The translations under genes and the position numbers were made by a program. Below, piece by piece: positions 12,934 through 23,672 of a stretch of 64,000 nucleotides of DNA; within the stretch, counting starts at the first letter, position 1, and every line of letters begins with the position of its first letter. The notes under the pieces were generated by a model. That model saw only the letters and a list, made by a program, of their open reading frames with translations, did not search any database and was not told the origin of the DNA. Origin of the DNA: Schizosaccharomyces osmophilus (Eukaryota); NCBI RefSeq assembly GCF_027921745.1, contig NC_079239.1:1612001-1676000 (forward strand), given 5' to 3'.

Positions 12934-13518
12934 TCATAGAAATTCTAAAACAGGGAATGTCCTGTTTAGAACAGGGTCCAATTCCAAATACTGAAAATGA
13001 TCAAATTTGTAATGATAGTAGTATCCGGAAATTCGTCCCGTCCGTTGAGAGAAGGCAATGTAGTAGAATCCTTCGAAACTGACATCGGACGAAGAGTTCC
13101 TGCTCCGGAATTGAAAATCGTTCACTTTATCCAGCATCGCCAATTCTTTCCATCGCATATAGATAGTTCCTTTCTTCCAAGGATCGTAGGGTTTAATCCT
13201 ACGCAGAGGTACCTTCCGCTTTGCATATTGAAAAGCTCCCAGCCGTTTCCAATGCTTATAATCTGTTGATTCTGAAGCACCCCATTCCGGCCACCGTGTC
13301 AGAAATCCATACTTATCTCCAATGATTTCTGCCTCAAAGTATGTTGTAAGTGATGAGTTGTTTCCACTCAATCCACTTATTTTGAAAAATCCACAGAGCA
13401 TCGATTGCTCCGTATTTACATGTAATACTGTCACGGATACGTCGAATGTCTTATTACCATCCGATTTTTGAATTCCGTGGAATTGGGCACCATTTCTCAA
13501 ATACGAAGATTCAAACAT
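12934..13518 (-). CDS. gid4: GID/CTLH ubiquitin ligase substrate receptor Gid4/Vid24-like
   Basis: YLRNGAQFHGIQKS, LTTYFEAEIIG, IYMRWKE, SFEGFYYI and GYYYH motifs typical of the Gid4 beta-barrel. Confidence 0.85.
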   Translation of the reverse strand: MFESSYLRNGAQFHGIQKSDGNKTFDVSVTVLHVNTEQSMLCGFFKISGLSGNNSSLTTYFEAEIIGDKYGFLTRWPEWGASESTDYKHWKRLGAFQYAKRKVPLRRIKPYDPWKKGTIYMRWKELAMLDKVNDFQFRSRNSSSDVSFEGFYYIAFSQRTGRISGYYYHYKFDHFQYLELDPVLNRTFPVLEFL

Positions 13519-14212
13519 CCTGTTCTCGGGTATCTTTTTAGCTATTTTATAAAAACAAGCCTCAATCTATTATGCAAAGCGACTCAACACCTAAAATTTT
13601 TCTAAAACCAAGCTAGGTATCCAAACGATCAGATTGAAAATGCGAGGAGCGGATGAAAACAAGAGAACTGGATAAATTGACAAGTAATTGCTTAAGTACT
13701 CAACAAAAACACAAGAACCGTTGAAACAGTTCTTTGACTGATTTTTACCTTTAGGATGGTTTAAGTTGCTGCTATACCATGAATACTACCACTACCACCT
13801 ACAATATTCTTTTACTGTACACCTGCCGACAAACCCTTATTACCAGCAATTATTAACTTTTTCTTAATTTAATCAGATATGCTTAATAAATTTTTTTGCT
13901 TCATGTTCATGGGTAAGTGACGGAATTTTATTCCAACATGAGTTCATCCGTATCTGAGTATTTTCGAGCTGAAGGCATGAGCAACATGGATTCGCCCGTG
14001 ATGAATACATTTTTGTCATTCTTGTTCCAACAAGGTTGTATTGAACGTCGCTTGAATGCAGAAATACTAGCAGCCAAACTTGATTTTCTGAGGCGAATTT
14101 GCAAGGCTCATGGATTAGATAAGTTGTTGCTATTAGTATGAAGCTCCCATCTCAATAGTACAATATAAAAATCTACCCATATGAATCCGTTTTCTAAACG
14201 GTGCGATGTATT

Positions 14213-15380
14213 TTAACTGTTCATCATTTCTGTAATATGATGGATTAGGTATTCAGCGGATGGTCGTTGTTCAGGATTCAGTCGTAGACATTCACGGACT
14301 AAATCGACCAGTGCCGGATGGTAGGGATGTTTAGATGGAAAAGAGTATTGTGCATTACAAACAGCCAAAGCCAATGAACCACCTTGACTGACTTGCTTTT
14401 CAAAAGGAGTGTATCCAAACATGATTGCATACAAGACGCAACCAAAACTCTAAATTCGTTAGTATACTTTCTTCTTTCGTTGTTCAGCTTTCTTTCATTA
14501 CCCAAATATCTGCCTTTTCCGTAATTGTGGAACCCGGTCTTACATGGAAAAGCTCGGGAGCTCGATAAGACATAGTACAATTTTCTGAGGCCATGTCTTG
14601 AAAAGCTATTGCCTGCGAATTATCTGAAATGACAGAAGGAACCCTATATATGCTTCCAAAATCTGTAAGTACAGCATTACTCACATCGTTGCTCAATAGT
14701 AAGTTCTCTAGTTTTAATTCGTTAGTCCTCTTCACTGCTTGTCACGTACCAGGTTTCACATCTCCATGAATATAACACTTGTAACTTTTTTTCTTCACTG
14801 GATTGCTTTCTACTCCTAAATCAATAAGGTTTGTTGTGTCCATGGTATTTTCAAATTCAGATTCTTCACCCCCATTATGGAGATATTTTAGGGCCTGTAA
14901 AAGACACAGAGACCAGCTTAAGACATAACGCTTCGAAACAAAAGTACTCTTTGCATGTTGATTCTGAACAATCTGTGCAACAGTGCCCTTTTGAAAAAAG
15001 GGAAACATAATATGAACATATTGAACACCATCAGCTTCCTTTTGTACTTCGACATGTAAGCTTTTAAGTAAATAGGAATGATTAAATTCCTCATGAAACT
15101 TTGCTTCTTTTAATGCTTTTTGAATGCCTTCTCGACCTGAATGGCATTTTATTTTTTTCAGCGCAAACTTTTTACCATTCTCTACATGTTCAATAAGGTA
15201 CACAAATGCATATCCTCTATATACTGTTAGTTTCTTTCTTTTCTGTAAAGTCGTGTACCCTTCACCGAGTGGTTGAAGCACTTTATACTGTTCGTTTTTT
15301 AACACGATCAAATCGTTGTTGAGGAGCGAAGAAATTAGCGGATTGATAGAATTCCATGTATTCTTAAAGAAAGATTGCAT
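14213..15380 (-). CDS. ppk13: NAK/STK16-family Ser/Thr kinase; 4 exons (introns 15217-15258, 14708-14749, 14450-14501)
   Basis: Splicing yields GEGGYAFVY, ALKKI, HGDVKPEN, DFGS, ENCTMSYRAPELF, DIWSFGC. All three introns have GT, CTAAC and TAG. Confidence 0.85.
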
Positions 15381-15478
15381 TTTTTAGTATAATAAGTGTT
15401 TTCCAAATCTATCCTCGTTTAAGTGGCATTAAGCTTAGTATTCAATGAAGGCCACTCTACAAATTACCATCTACCGCC

Positions 15479-18400
15479 ATGCATTCACAAGAAAGGAGTC
15501 GTGAACAGAGCAAAAAAACTGAAGAGAACCTGCAAAAGCATGGCATTAGAAGATTAGTTATTAAAGGATTTAAAAATAGCGTTACCATAGCGTACGTGAC
15601 GCCAGAGAATAAGCAAAAAAGTACAACTAGACGATTCGTGCTTCCAGAGCAGGAAAAGACGAAAATCAAGCACATCCCAGGATCCTTTGAATTGGATCCA
15701 TTACCCAAAAATGGAATTGTATACTGTACATTATTGAATGGCCAACGAATCCAACCGAATGACTTTGTTTTCGTGTCCTCACCATTTGCTGGCGAACCAT
15801 TTCAAATAGCTCGACTTATGTCTTTTGAGAAGTCCGAATCTTGCCTTGGGACAAATTTATATGACTCTGTTCGTTTGAATTGGTTTTTTCGACCGCGTGA
15901 TATTCAACGAAATTCTTCTGATACGCGTCTTTTGTACGCAAGTATGCACAGCGATATCTATAATGTTGGATTCATCCAGGAACTCGTGAGCGTGAAACAT
16001 AAAACAGAAATTCAAAATTTCAATGAATACAAAAGACAACCAAAGTGCTTTTACTATGATCGCCTGTTTGATCAAAACATTAATAAGGTTTTCGACCTAA
16101 TACCTGTTCATAGTATTACTAATCTTCCTAAACGTACCCTTTCTGATTTACAGAATAACTATAGTTTTGCGATTGTCGAATTAGCGAAAGGGCGAGCCTT
16201 GATGGGAACACCTCGACTTTGCAACGTCTGCAAAGAATGGTGTTCTTTAGATCTTTCGGTACAATGTGCTGACTGCAAGAAACATTATCACATGAAGTGT
16301 GTGCAACCTCCGTTGGCAAAAAAGCCGCCCCATGGTTTTGGTTGGACTTGTGCATTATGCTCTGTTTCGCATCGACGAAGAAACCCTTCGTTACGCAAAT
16401 CCGCAAAGTTGATGGCACATAATGATTCCGAATCAAACGAAGAAATGTCGTCTTCTATTAAAGAAGATACTGATAATAATAATAAAGCTAGTGATTCTGC
16501 TTTGAACACGTCCTCCCATTCAGTTACGATGACCTCTGATAACTATATAAAACAAGATGATACTTTAAGTCCTCCTGCTGAAGCAGGTGTGCCACTTTTA
16601 GAGGAGGTGCCAAGTAGTAGTTTTACAAAGCTTCGCCGCCTCCCGTGGAACATGCGTTACATAGATTTACGAAGTGACTTTGATAATGAAACTGATTCTG
16701 ATTTGTATCCCTCACGGGTTCGCTCTATTGCATCCCCAACTTTTTCCCCGACTGCTGAAGTTCAATCAAAAGCTCCTAGGTTACTGACTACAGCGGATGA
16801 AGAGATTGATCAAAATCTACGTTCATTAGAAAATGAAAAGCTAGATCTTTCACCTTTTTTTGCCAAATGGCCATTGTTAAAAAACATTCCTTTAAAGGGA
16901 TTTTTATTCCCCTTTTTCGAACCAAATCTACGCGCAGGGATGCTTTTAGTTCCTCTGGAACTTGATGATTCGGACTTAGATGACTATTTAAGAAGAAGTT
17001 GGAACCAATGGAAATATTTGAAGATTGAAATACCTCCATTCGTTCTTTTAGATGTCTCCATGACTATGTTATACCAAAACGGGCTGAATATGATCAATGC
17101 TCTTGACAATTTGCAAAGATTAATAACTGGAAGCGATTTCCCAAATGTGGATTCCCTTAAAATAGATGAAAAGAAGTTCGGGGAGCTTGTCAAACTTTAT
17201 GGAGGTTCTTTGCATTGTATACATCGTCATATGGAAGCTCGCTGCTCTTTAAAAGAACTATTGCAATTTTACTTGGCGTGGAGTATATCTCCAAAAGGGA
17301 CTGCGATTTTAAAAGACTTCGCTACGACGAAGGAAAAAGAAGGAAGTTGGGAAGAGAAGTACACTTTGTTTTCTAATCGCGAGCTTTATGATCCTTCCAA
17401 GTTGGCAAAATGCAAAAAGCCGATGGTTTGTCGTAATTGTCAAAGTCGCAAAAGCTCTGACTTTTTTGTCGGTCCAGGAACGGATAACACCAATTTAGAA
17501 AAAAATAAACTTGTCATATTTTGTGAAAAATGTGGTATTGTATGGAAGTACTATGCAACTACTTCGCAACAAGCATTAAGCGTTGAGTTTGGTCGTTCAA
17601 CTGACAAGGTTGTCAAAAGAAAGACATCAGAATGGGAGCAATGGTTTGCCAACAATCGTAGTATCGTCAGCGATTATCAATCTCGTGACGATAGTCGAGG
17701 TATATCACCTGTACTGACCATTGATAGCGCTAAGGCTAACAATGTTAAGACAACAGGTGAAAATTCTTCGCGTCTTCAAAGCCCGCTTAATAGAAACCCA
17801 AGAAGTGGTACTCCAAAAACCAAAGCCGAAGTTGCTTCATCACCATTGAATACAAAGAAAGAATGCAATTTATGCGGCGGAAGCAATAATGACGATTTGG
17901 TTGGATGTTACCAATGTGGACTAATTGTTCACAAATCTTGCCAAGGTAGTAAAACGGGGGCAAGCGATCAATCTAAACTGATATCCATGATATCTACTAG
18001 TCGATCAACTAGAAGTGCGGCAAACAATACCTCTAAACCTAGTCAGTTAATCGAAAGTAGTCAGTGGTTGTGCGAAAGTTGTACTTTCGTTACCAAATTT
18101 GAACTTGATAGTGCACCTGAATGTTTATTATGCTGTCAAACAGATTTGCAACTTTCGATGAAAAAAACTGAAGAAGGTAATTGGGCACATGTGTTGTGTG
18201 CTGCTTGGACACCCGGTGTTGTGATTTCAAATGATGACACTGAACCCATTTTAGGAATTGGTTGCTTACCATCAAATTTTTGGGGTAATACTTGCGAAAT
18301 TTGTCAACATGATCATGGCATAAGTGTGCATTGTCATAACAATTACGCGTCACTTGCTCATGTAAGTTGTGCTTTGAAAGCCGGATGGAATATTTGTTTC

Positions 18401-18823
18401 GAATTAATTCGAAGAGATACGCCTAAAATCGATATTGAAGTTGGAATGTCGACCTTATCTTTTCTAAGCAGCCACACCGCTGCAAGCAATGAAGCGGATT
18501 TGACTCCTTACCTCTCTTTGAAGCCGATCCTACTCCGTGGTCCGGGTAATATTCCGCGCAATTTCATACCTCGCACAAGCTCGATACCGTCGTTGGGTAA
18601 AAAGTCCTGGAAGGCTTATTTAGAAAGCATGAAAAGTAAACATGCGTTTTATTTTTTACAAGCGGCTCAGTCCCATGCACCCTCCGAAGAGCAAGAAATG
18701 ATTGAAGAAAGTTGCAGTAGATGTTCAACTACGATGAGTCCATATTGGTGGCCGGAGGGGCTTTGTCATATGTGTTATTTTCATCGTTCTTTAGAAAACG
18801 AAGTGCCCGTTGCGAATGTATAG
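15479..18823 (+). CDS. snt2: BAH/PHD/zinc-finger chromatin protein (Lid2 complex subunit Snt2)
   Basis: BAH domain (VRLNWFFRPRDI, RLLYASMHSD), PHD (CNVC...CADC..HMKC...WTCALC), further PHD/ePHD fingers (WAHVLCAAW). Confidence 0.88.
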   Translation: MHSQERSREQSKKTEENLQKHGIRRLVIKGFKNSVTIAYVTPENKQKSTTRRFVLPEQEKTKIKHIPGSFELDPLPKNGIVYCTLLNGQRIQPNDFVFVSSPFAGEPFQIARLMSFEKSESCLGTNLYDSVRLNWFFRPRDIQRNSSDTRLLYASMHSDIYNVGFIQELVSVKHKTEIQNFNEYKRQPKCFYYDRLFDQNINKVFDLIPVHSITNLPKRTLSDLQNNYSFAIVELAKGRALMGTPRLCNVCKEWCSLDLSVQCADCKKHYHMKCVQPPLAKKPPHGFGWTCALCSVSHRRRNPSLRKSAKLMAHNDSESNEEMSSSIKEDTDNNNKASDSALNTSSHSVTMTSDNYIKQDDTLSPPAEAGVPLLEEVPSSSFTKLRRLPWNMRYIDLRSDFDNETDSDLYPSRVRSIASPTFSPTAEVQSKAPRLLTTADEEIDQNLRSLENEKLDLSPFFAKWPLLKNIPLKGFLFPFFEPNLRAGMLLVPLELDDSDLDDYLRRSWNQWKYLKIEIPPFVLLDVSMTMLYQNGLNMINALDNLQRLITGSDFPNVDSLKIDEKKFGELVKLYGGSLHCIHRHMEARCSLKELLQFYLAWSISPKGTAILKDFATTKEKEGSWEEKYTLFSNRELYDPSKLAKCKKPMVCRNCQSRKSSDFFVGPGTDNTNLEKNKLVIFCEKCGIVWKYYATTSQQALSVEFGRSTDKVVKRKTSEWEQWFANNRSIVSDYQSRDDSRGISPVLTIDSAKANNVKTTGENSSRLQSPLNRNPRSGTPKTKAEVASSPLNTKKECNLCGGSNNDDLVGCYQCGLIVHKSCQGSKTGASDQSKLISMISTSRSTRSAANNTSKPSQLIESSQWLCESCTFVTKFELDSAPECLLCCQTDLQLSMKKTEEGNWAHVLCAAWTPGVVISNDDTEPILGIGCLPSNFWGNTCEICQHDHGISVHCHNNYASLAHVSCALKAGWNICFELIRRDTPKIDIEVGMSTLSFLSSHTAASNEADLTPYLSLKPILLRGPGNIPRNFIPRTSSIPSLGKKSWKAYLESMKSKHAFYFLQAAQSHAPSEEQEMIEESCSRCSTTMSPYWWPEGLCHMCYFHRSLENEVPVANV

Positions 18824-19288
18824 ACTTTTTTGGTGTTTAACGATATATTTATTTAATTTATTTCGGATGGGGTATTTTTTTGTATATATATAATATATAG
18901 GAATAATGGATGTTTTGCTTTCTCGTTTATCTTTCGGTCACGGTTTCACTTTATTCTAAGTTTAGTGAATTGTATACAGGATTGAAAAAGAAATCTTTGT
19001 GTATATTTAAAATTAACATTTGTTCGTATAAGATAATTTCATTGTGCAAATCACTGCCGTCGACTCAAGCTAGGAATGAATTATCACCAAAGCTTTTCTA
19101 TAACGAGATGAACACTTTTTGATTAACATTAAAGATTTTGAGAAGGAACAATTAATTACATTCTGGTAGAATAGCTATCAAGCTTTAATAAATAACCATG
19201 TTCCCTGGTCTAATAATAATTCACCCATATGGTACACATCCATGCAAGGGCGACACCCATGTTTTTGTTTTCCGTTTTATAAATATTT

Positions 19289-20842
19289 TTACATAGTACC
19301 GAAATTATAGTCATCACTCATACCAGTTAGTAAATTATTAGGAGCAGTAATAGGAAGTTGCACGAAAGGGGAAGTGCTGCTATTTGCACCCTGATAAGTA
19401 ATCGGCATTTTGGGGTCTGTAGGGTAATACATCGGAAACAGGGAAACTTTTGGGAGTACGGCTGGATGCTGCTCTGGTAAAAGAGATTTGTTTGACATTC
19501 CATCATTTACGGACATGGGTAGGGTGTTTGGGGCAATAGAGGATGCAGGAGGTAAAATAGGAGACACATTATTGTTTTTTAAAGACCGAGTAAAATAAGA
19601 ACCAGAGTTCGCATGCATTCTTTCATGTTGACGTAAATTATCTCTTCGTGAAAAGCGTTTTCCACAAAAACAAGCAAAAGGCTTGTCGGTAGTGTGAAGG
19701 GAATGGATATGCCTACGCAAATGTTCGGATCGTTTAAACTTTTTCTGGCAGATTTGACAGACAAAAGAAGTACCTCCAGGCGAACGAGGGGCCTGTATTT
19801 TGGAACGGGATGATCGCCTTGATTTGTTTGGACTGTGCTTCTTAGCGGCAGCCGACTTTTGTGTATCGTCAAAGGAGAAGGGGTCTCGTATAGACGGCAA
19901 GGAAGGAACCTTTTCTGTATCTAGTTTTTCAGAACCATCCTTTGGTGAAGGAGTGCCAAAAAAGAACATGGAAGGGGGAGCACCTGGTAATTTGTCTTTT
20001 CTGTCGCGGGGATCTACAGAAGAATCAGGTGAAACGATGGGCATATTAACGTTGATGGGAGTCAAATTTGGCGAGGGAGGCAAGTGCGAGATGAGCGTAC
20101 TGTAAGAGGGTACACTTGCACCAGTGGGCTCGTTCAGCGGCTGCGTCGTGAGGAGAGAGGTATCGGAAGAGGGACAGTATTCTTTGGAAAAAGGGTGAAG
20201 CGAAAAAGAATCTGCTGAAGGCAAGTAAGAATGCTGTCTACGTAGGTCATTGTAATGAGAAAGGTGGTAAGCGTCGGAATCGACGTGGGAAGAACTATAG
20301 TTGAGGTTGGAAGAAGTAGGAGAATAACGCTTGTAGGAAGATATTCCGTCATTTGCAGGAGCAGACTGAGAGAGGGAAATCTGGTTGCCGTCTATGTCGG
20401 AGTACCAATCGTTTGCCGAGTCTTTGTTAAAGGAATAGTAGGAGGAGGGAGCCGAGGGGTAGGTATTGGGGTAGTAGGGAGAAGAGACAAAGGACTGCTT
20501 GCTTGGATGAAAGGAATTGAGGTCTACATGAGTGCCGGTGGGGGCAGAGGTAGACGGTTGGGGAGGAAAGACGTTGGACTTTGGAGAACCCTGGGAGAAT
20601 GATGGGAGAAAAGAGGTAAGGGGTTCGGACAAGGGAATGTCGCTGGCTGGCTGGGTATGATTGCCCGAAGAGGAGATGGAAAGAGGAAGGGAGTGGGGAT
20701 GGTGAAGGGAGGAAGCAGTCGTTGTCGCAGTAGTGGGAGTAGAGGAAGAAGGGGCTTGTTGGAGAGATGGAGCGGAAGAGGAGTAAGGGAAGGAATAAGT
20801 TGGATTGGACGGGGCCGACAAAAACGAAACGTTGTTGGACAT
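19289..20842 (-). CDS. hsr1: Msn2-like C2H2 zinc-finger stress transcription factor
   Basis: FVCQICQKKFKRSEHLRRHIHSLHTTDKPFACFCGKRFSRRDNLRQHERMH with S/P-rich N-terminus; next to snt2. Confidence 0.82.
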   Translation of the reverse strand: MSNNVSFLSAPSNPTYSFPYSSSAPSLQQAPSSSTPTTATTTASSLHHPHSLPLSISSSGNHTQPASDIPLSEPLTSFLPSFSQGSPKSNVFPPQPSTSAPTGTHVDLNSFHPSKQSFVSSPYYPNTYPSAPSSYYSFNKDSANDWYSDIDGNQISLSQSAPANDGISSYKRYSPTSSNLNYSSSHVDSDAYHLSHYNDLRRQHSYLPSADSFSLHPFSKEYCPSSDTSLLTTQPLNEPTGASVPSYSTLISHLPPSPNLTPINVNMPIVSPDSSVDPRDRKDKLPGAPPSMFFFGTPSPKDGSEKLDTEKVPSLPSIRDPFSFDDTQKSAAAKKHSPNKSRRSSRSKIQAPRSPGGTSFVCQICQKKFKRSEHLRRHIHSLHTTDKPFACFCGKRFSRRDNLRQHERMHANSGSYFTRSLKNNNVSPILPPASSIAPNTLPMSVNDGMSNKSLLPEQHPAVLPKVSLFPMYYPTDPKMPITYQGANSSTSPFVQLPITAPNNLLTGMSDDYNFGTM

Positions 20843-21569
20843 GAAGGAAGGGTATAGAGTGGAAGAGAAAAAAAAAATTGCAATCCAACAAGGACTTTTG
20901 AAAAGGAGGATAGGATGAAATGCTAATGCTTACGCTAACGCAGGATCATGCAAATAAGCAAGAAGAAAGGAGGGAGGAAAAAGAGGAAAAGAACGAAACG
21001 AGTTCAAGGGAAAAAGGAAAAGAATAAGAGAAAAAGGTGTGAATAAGAGCAGTAAGAAAAAGCACAAAGGAAAAGAAGAACCAAGGTTACCGAAAGCGAA
21101 AATTAGAGACCGACGAGATGAAGGAAGGCAGAGAAAAGAATGTCAAAACCAAGCCAAAGAGAAAAAGGAGGAATTTCAATTCAACGGAAAAGTAAAGGAA
21201 AAAGGAAGACAGGATAAGGACCACACACAACCAAAAAAAGCGATGTGTAAAGCAACGTCAAAAGAGTAGCAATAAGAAGAAAAATAAAAATAAAGAGACG
21301 AGCCAGATAGACGAAGGAAGGAAAGTGCAGGTCAAAAAAGAAACAGAAGAAGCGAAGGAAAAGGAATTGTAGAAACTTTTTGATTGGAAAAAAAAAGAGA
21401 AGAAAAATACAAAGAAAAAGCCCCGTCCGTATCGAAGAGACAGTGGTAGGACAAAGTTTAGCAAGAGGAATGGATAGAGAGAATCGAGTCTATATCTTCA
21501 AAGAAGACTCAAAATGAATAATGAAGCGATTGAGAAGGGAGCAAAAAAAAAAAAAAAAGAAAAAACTCA

Positions 21570-21602
21570 CAGCAACAGCAACAGCAACAACAACAACAAC
21601 AA
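21570..21602. repeat. Microsatellite (CAGCAA)3(CAA)5
   Basis: Read directly. Neighbours include poly-A tracts and (ACACAA)n near 21730-21750. Confidence 0.9.
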
Positions 21603-22058
21603 GACGGACAATGGCAAGAGCAATTCGACACCTGAGACGAAAGAAAAAGAAGAAAGAAACAAAACAACAGAGCTAGGGGAATATAGAATGTTTGTTTGTG
21701 TAGGAAGAAACGAAATAAAAGAAAAAAAAACACAAACACAAACACAAACAAAAACAAAAAAAAACAACAAGAAAAAGAGTTAAGAAAAAGGAATGAAAAT
21801 CCTAGCGAAAGGAGAAAATTCGTAGTTTGGCTCTGCAACAAAGAGAGAGAACAACAGCAGTATATAAACACTAGTTTCACGATCTTTCAACTAACGAATA
21901 TACCCCTGATATGGTGCGGAATTCGCTAATTGGTTCGGAAGAAACAAGAAACGAAACATCAATAGGATAGGCTAAGTTGCATATCTCCTCCCTTTTCGTC
22001 ATGGTTGTTTGAGTGGGCGGGACCCTTTAAAGTTTCCCCAGATAAACAAAGGGTTCGC

Positions 22059-22066
22059 TGACGTCA
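22059..22066. promoter_or_regulatory. Palindromic CRE (TGACGTCA), candidate Atf1/Pcr1 site upstream of hsr1
   Basis: Exact 8-bp consensus about 1.2 kb upstream of a stress-responsive TF gene. Confidence 0.55.
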
Positions 22067-22127
22067 AACTTCTTGTAATATGAGGGGAAAAAGAGGGGTT
22101 CTCATATTACAAGATTTTACCTTTCGA

Positions 22128-22175
22128 AAACATTCCTGGAAGCATTCTTGGAAATATCCTTGGAAACACTTTGTG
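22128..22175. repeat. Degenerate 12-bp tandem repeat x4 (AAACATTCCTGG-like)
   Basis: aaacattcctgg aagcattcttgg aaatatccttgg aaacactttgtg. Confidence 0.75.
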
Positions 22176-22233
22176 TTTCAAAGCGTCTCAACAGAGGTAA
22201 GGAAGAGTTTTTCAATTCAATTCAAACTCAATT

Positions 22234-22267
22234 TCAACGAAATCCAGCACACGCTGGATTTCGTTGA
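22234..22267. repeat. Perfect 15-bp inverted repeat with 4-nt loop
   Basis: TCAACGAAATCCAGC-ACAC-GCTGGATTTCGTTGA. Confidence 0.95.
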
Positions 22268-23672
22268 CTGAGCAAGTTAATTGAATTCGGTTCCTTTGTC
22301 TCTCCTTTTCCGATCGTTTACTACCCGAAAGCGGCGGGATTCCCTTCGGCTGTCTTTTCATAGTATTGGGCAAGCGTTGAGAATTCGCCTCCACCTTGAC
22401 GCAACCCTATGGATCATGAAGACTCACTCATACCAATCATGAGAAGGACAAAAACCCAGTGGAAAGGCTATGCAACGGAACGAAACACAACTTTCCCCGG
22501 GTGTTTTGTTGTATCCAGCAGGAAAACAATCCTAAAGGGCAAGAAACGACTTTTCGTTTGACAAAGTTGTTTGTTTTCATTATAATATAATCTTTAGATG
22601 CCATCCTCTCGTTTTGCCTTGCCTTTTGAATAATTTTTTTGTTTTTGTTTTCGTTTTCGTTTTCGATCGCTTCTCCCTCTATAAATTTGAGCATACGACT
22701 CATCGTATTCCTCTTGTTCAGCATACTCGCTATCAATTCGGCCGATCCATTTTATACCCACTCATCGAGATTAGATCAGGTAGATTGTCCTAATTTCCGT
22801 CCGTTTTGATCCTTTTTTGTTGTTATAATTATTGTCTTTTTGTCCTCGTCGTTTTGTAATAAAAATGAAAAATAAAAATAAAAATAAAAGGTCAGTCTGG
22901 TTTGTCTTTCATTAGACCTGCTTCTCTCCTCTCCCCTCTCCTTTCCTCCTACCGAACGAAGGAGAGGAACTGGGCACTGCACCTACGTAAAAGGTAGCGA
23001 CTGTAGTAGTAGAGGGAGGGGTCCCTGATAGAAACAAAGAACGTTCAAGAGATATTTTGAATTCTTTTTTGTAATACACCATCTTTTGTTATTTCTTTGC
23101 TACATCATTTTTGTTTTTTCTTTTTCGTTTTTCGTTTTTTCTTTTTTTGTTGATCCGAGTAGGCTCTTTCTTGTTTTGTTTCGTAGTTGTTGCTAAAGAT
23201 TATGTTTCTGTCCGTAGACAATGTAATGTGTATGCGATGTAGCAAACGTCTAGTTTTGGAATAAAATACTTTTCAACAACTTTGTTTTCGTCGACGTCAA
23301 GAAAAAACTCATTTTGAATTCTCAATTCTCCAATAGAGTCCAGTCTGCCTGTTTCGTTTCCTCAAACCTTTATTATATGCTTTTCCTCGAGGATCTCCAT
23401 GGAGCATGGAGCATGGAGCATCTTGAAATAAATCGTTTCCTTTTTATATAAAAAAAAAAAAAAATTCTTCTTCCCTCCTCCAAACCGTCCGTCCCCCTTA
23501 ACCCTCTCTTCACTTTTTCTCTCGCTTTGCTATCAAAAAATCGCCTTCTTTTGTAATATCGTAGTAGCGAGGAATGCATTAGGATACGAAATGGCAAAGG
23601 GAGAAGTGAGTAGTAATAGAAAAAGAAATAATTTTTTTTTTTTTTTTGGCGATTGCTCCTACATCGCAATTT

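Noticed and set aside
21039..21929. Several K/N-rich or F/C/L-rich ORFs
   Set aside because: Translations of microsatellite and poly-A/T sequence; not protein-like.
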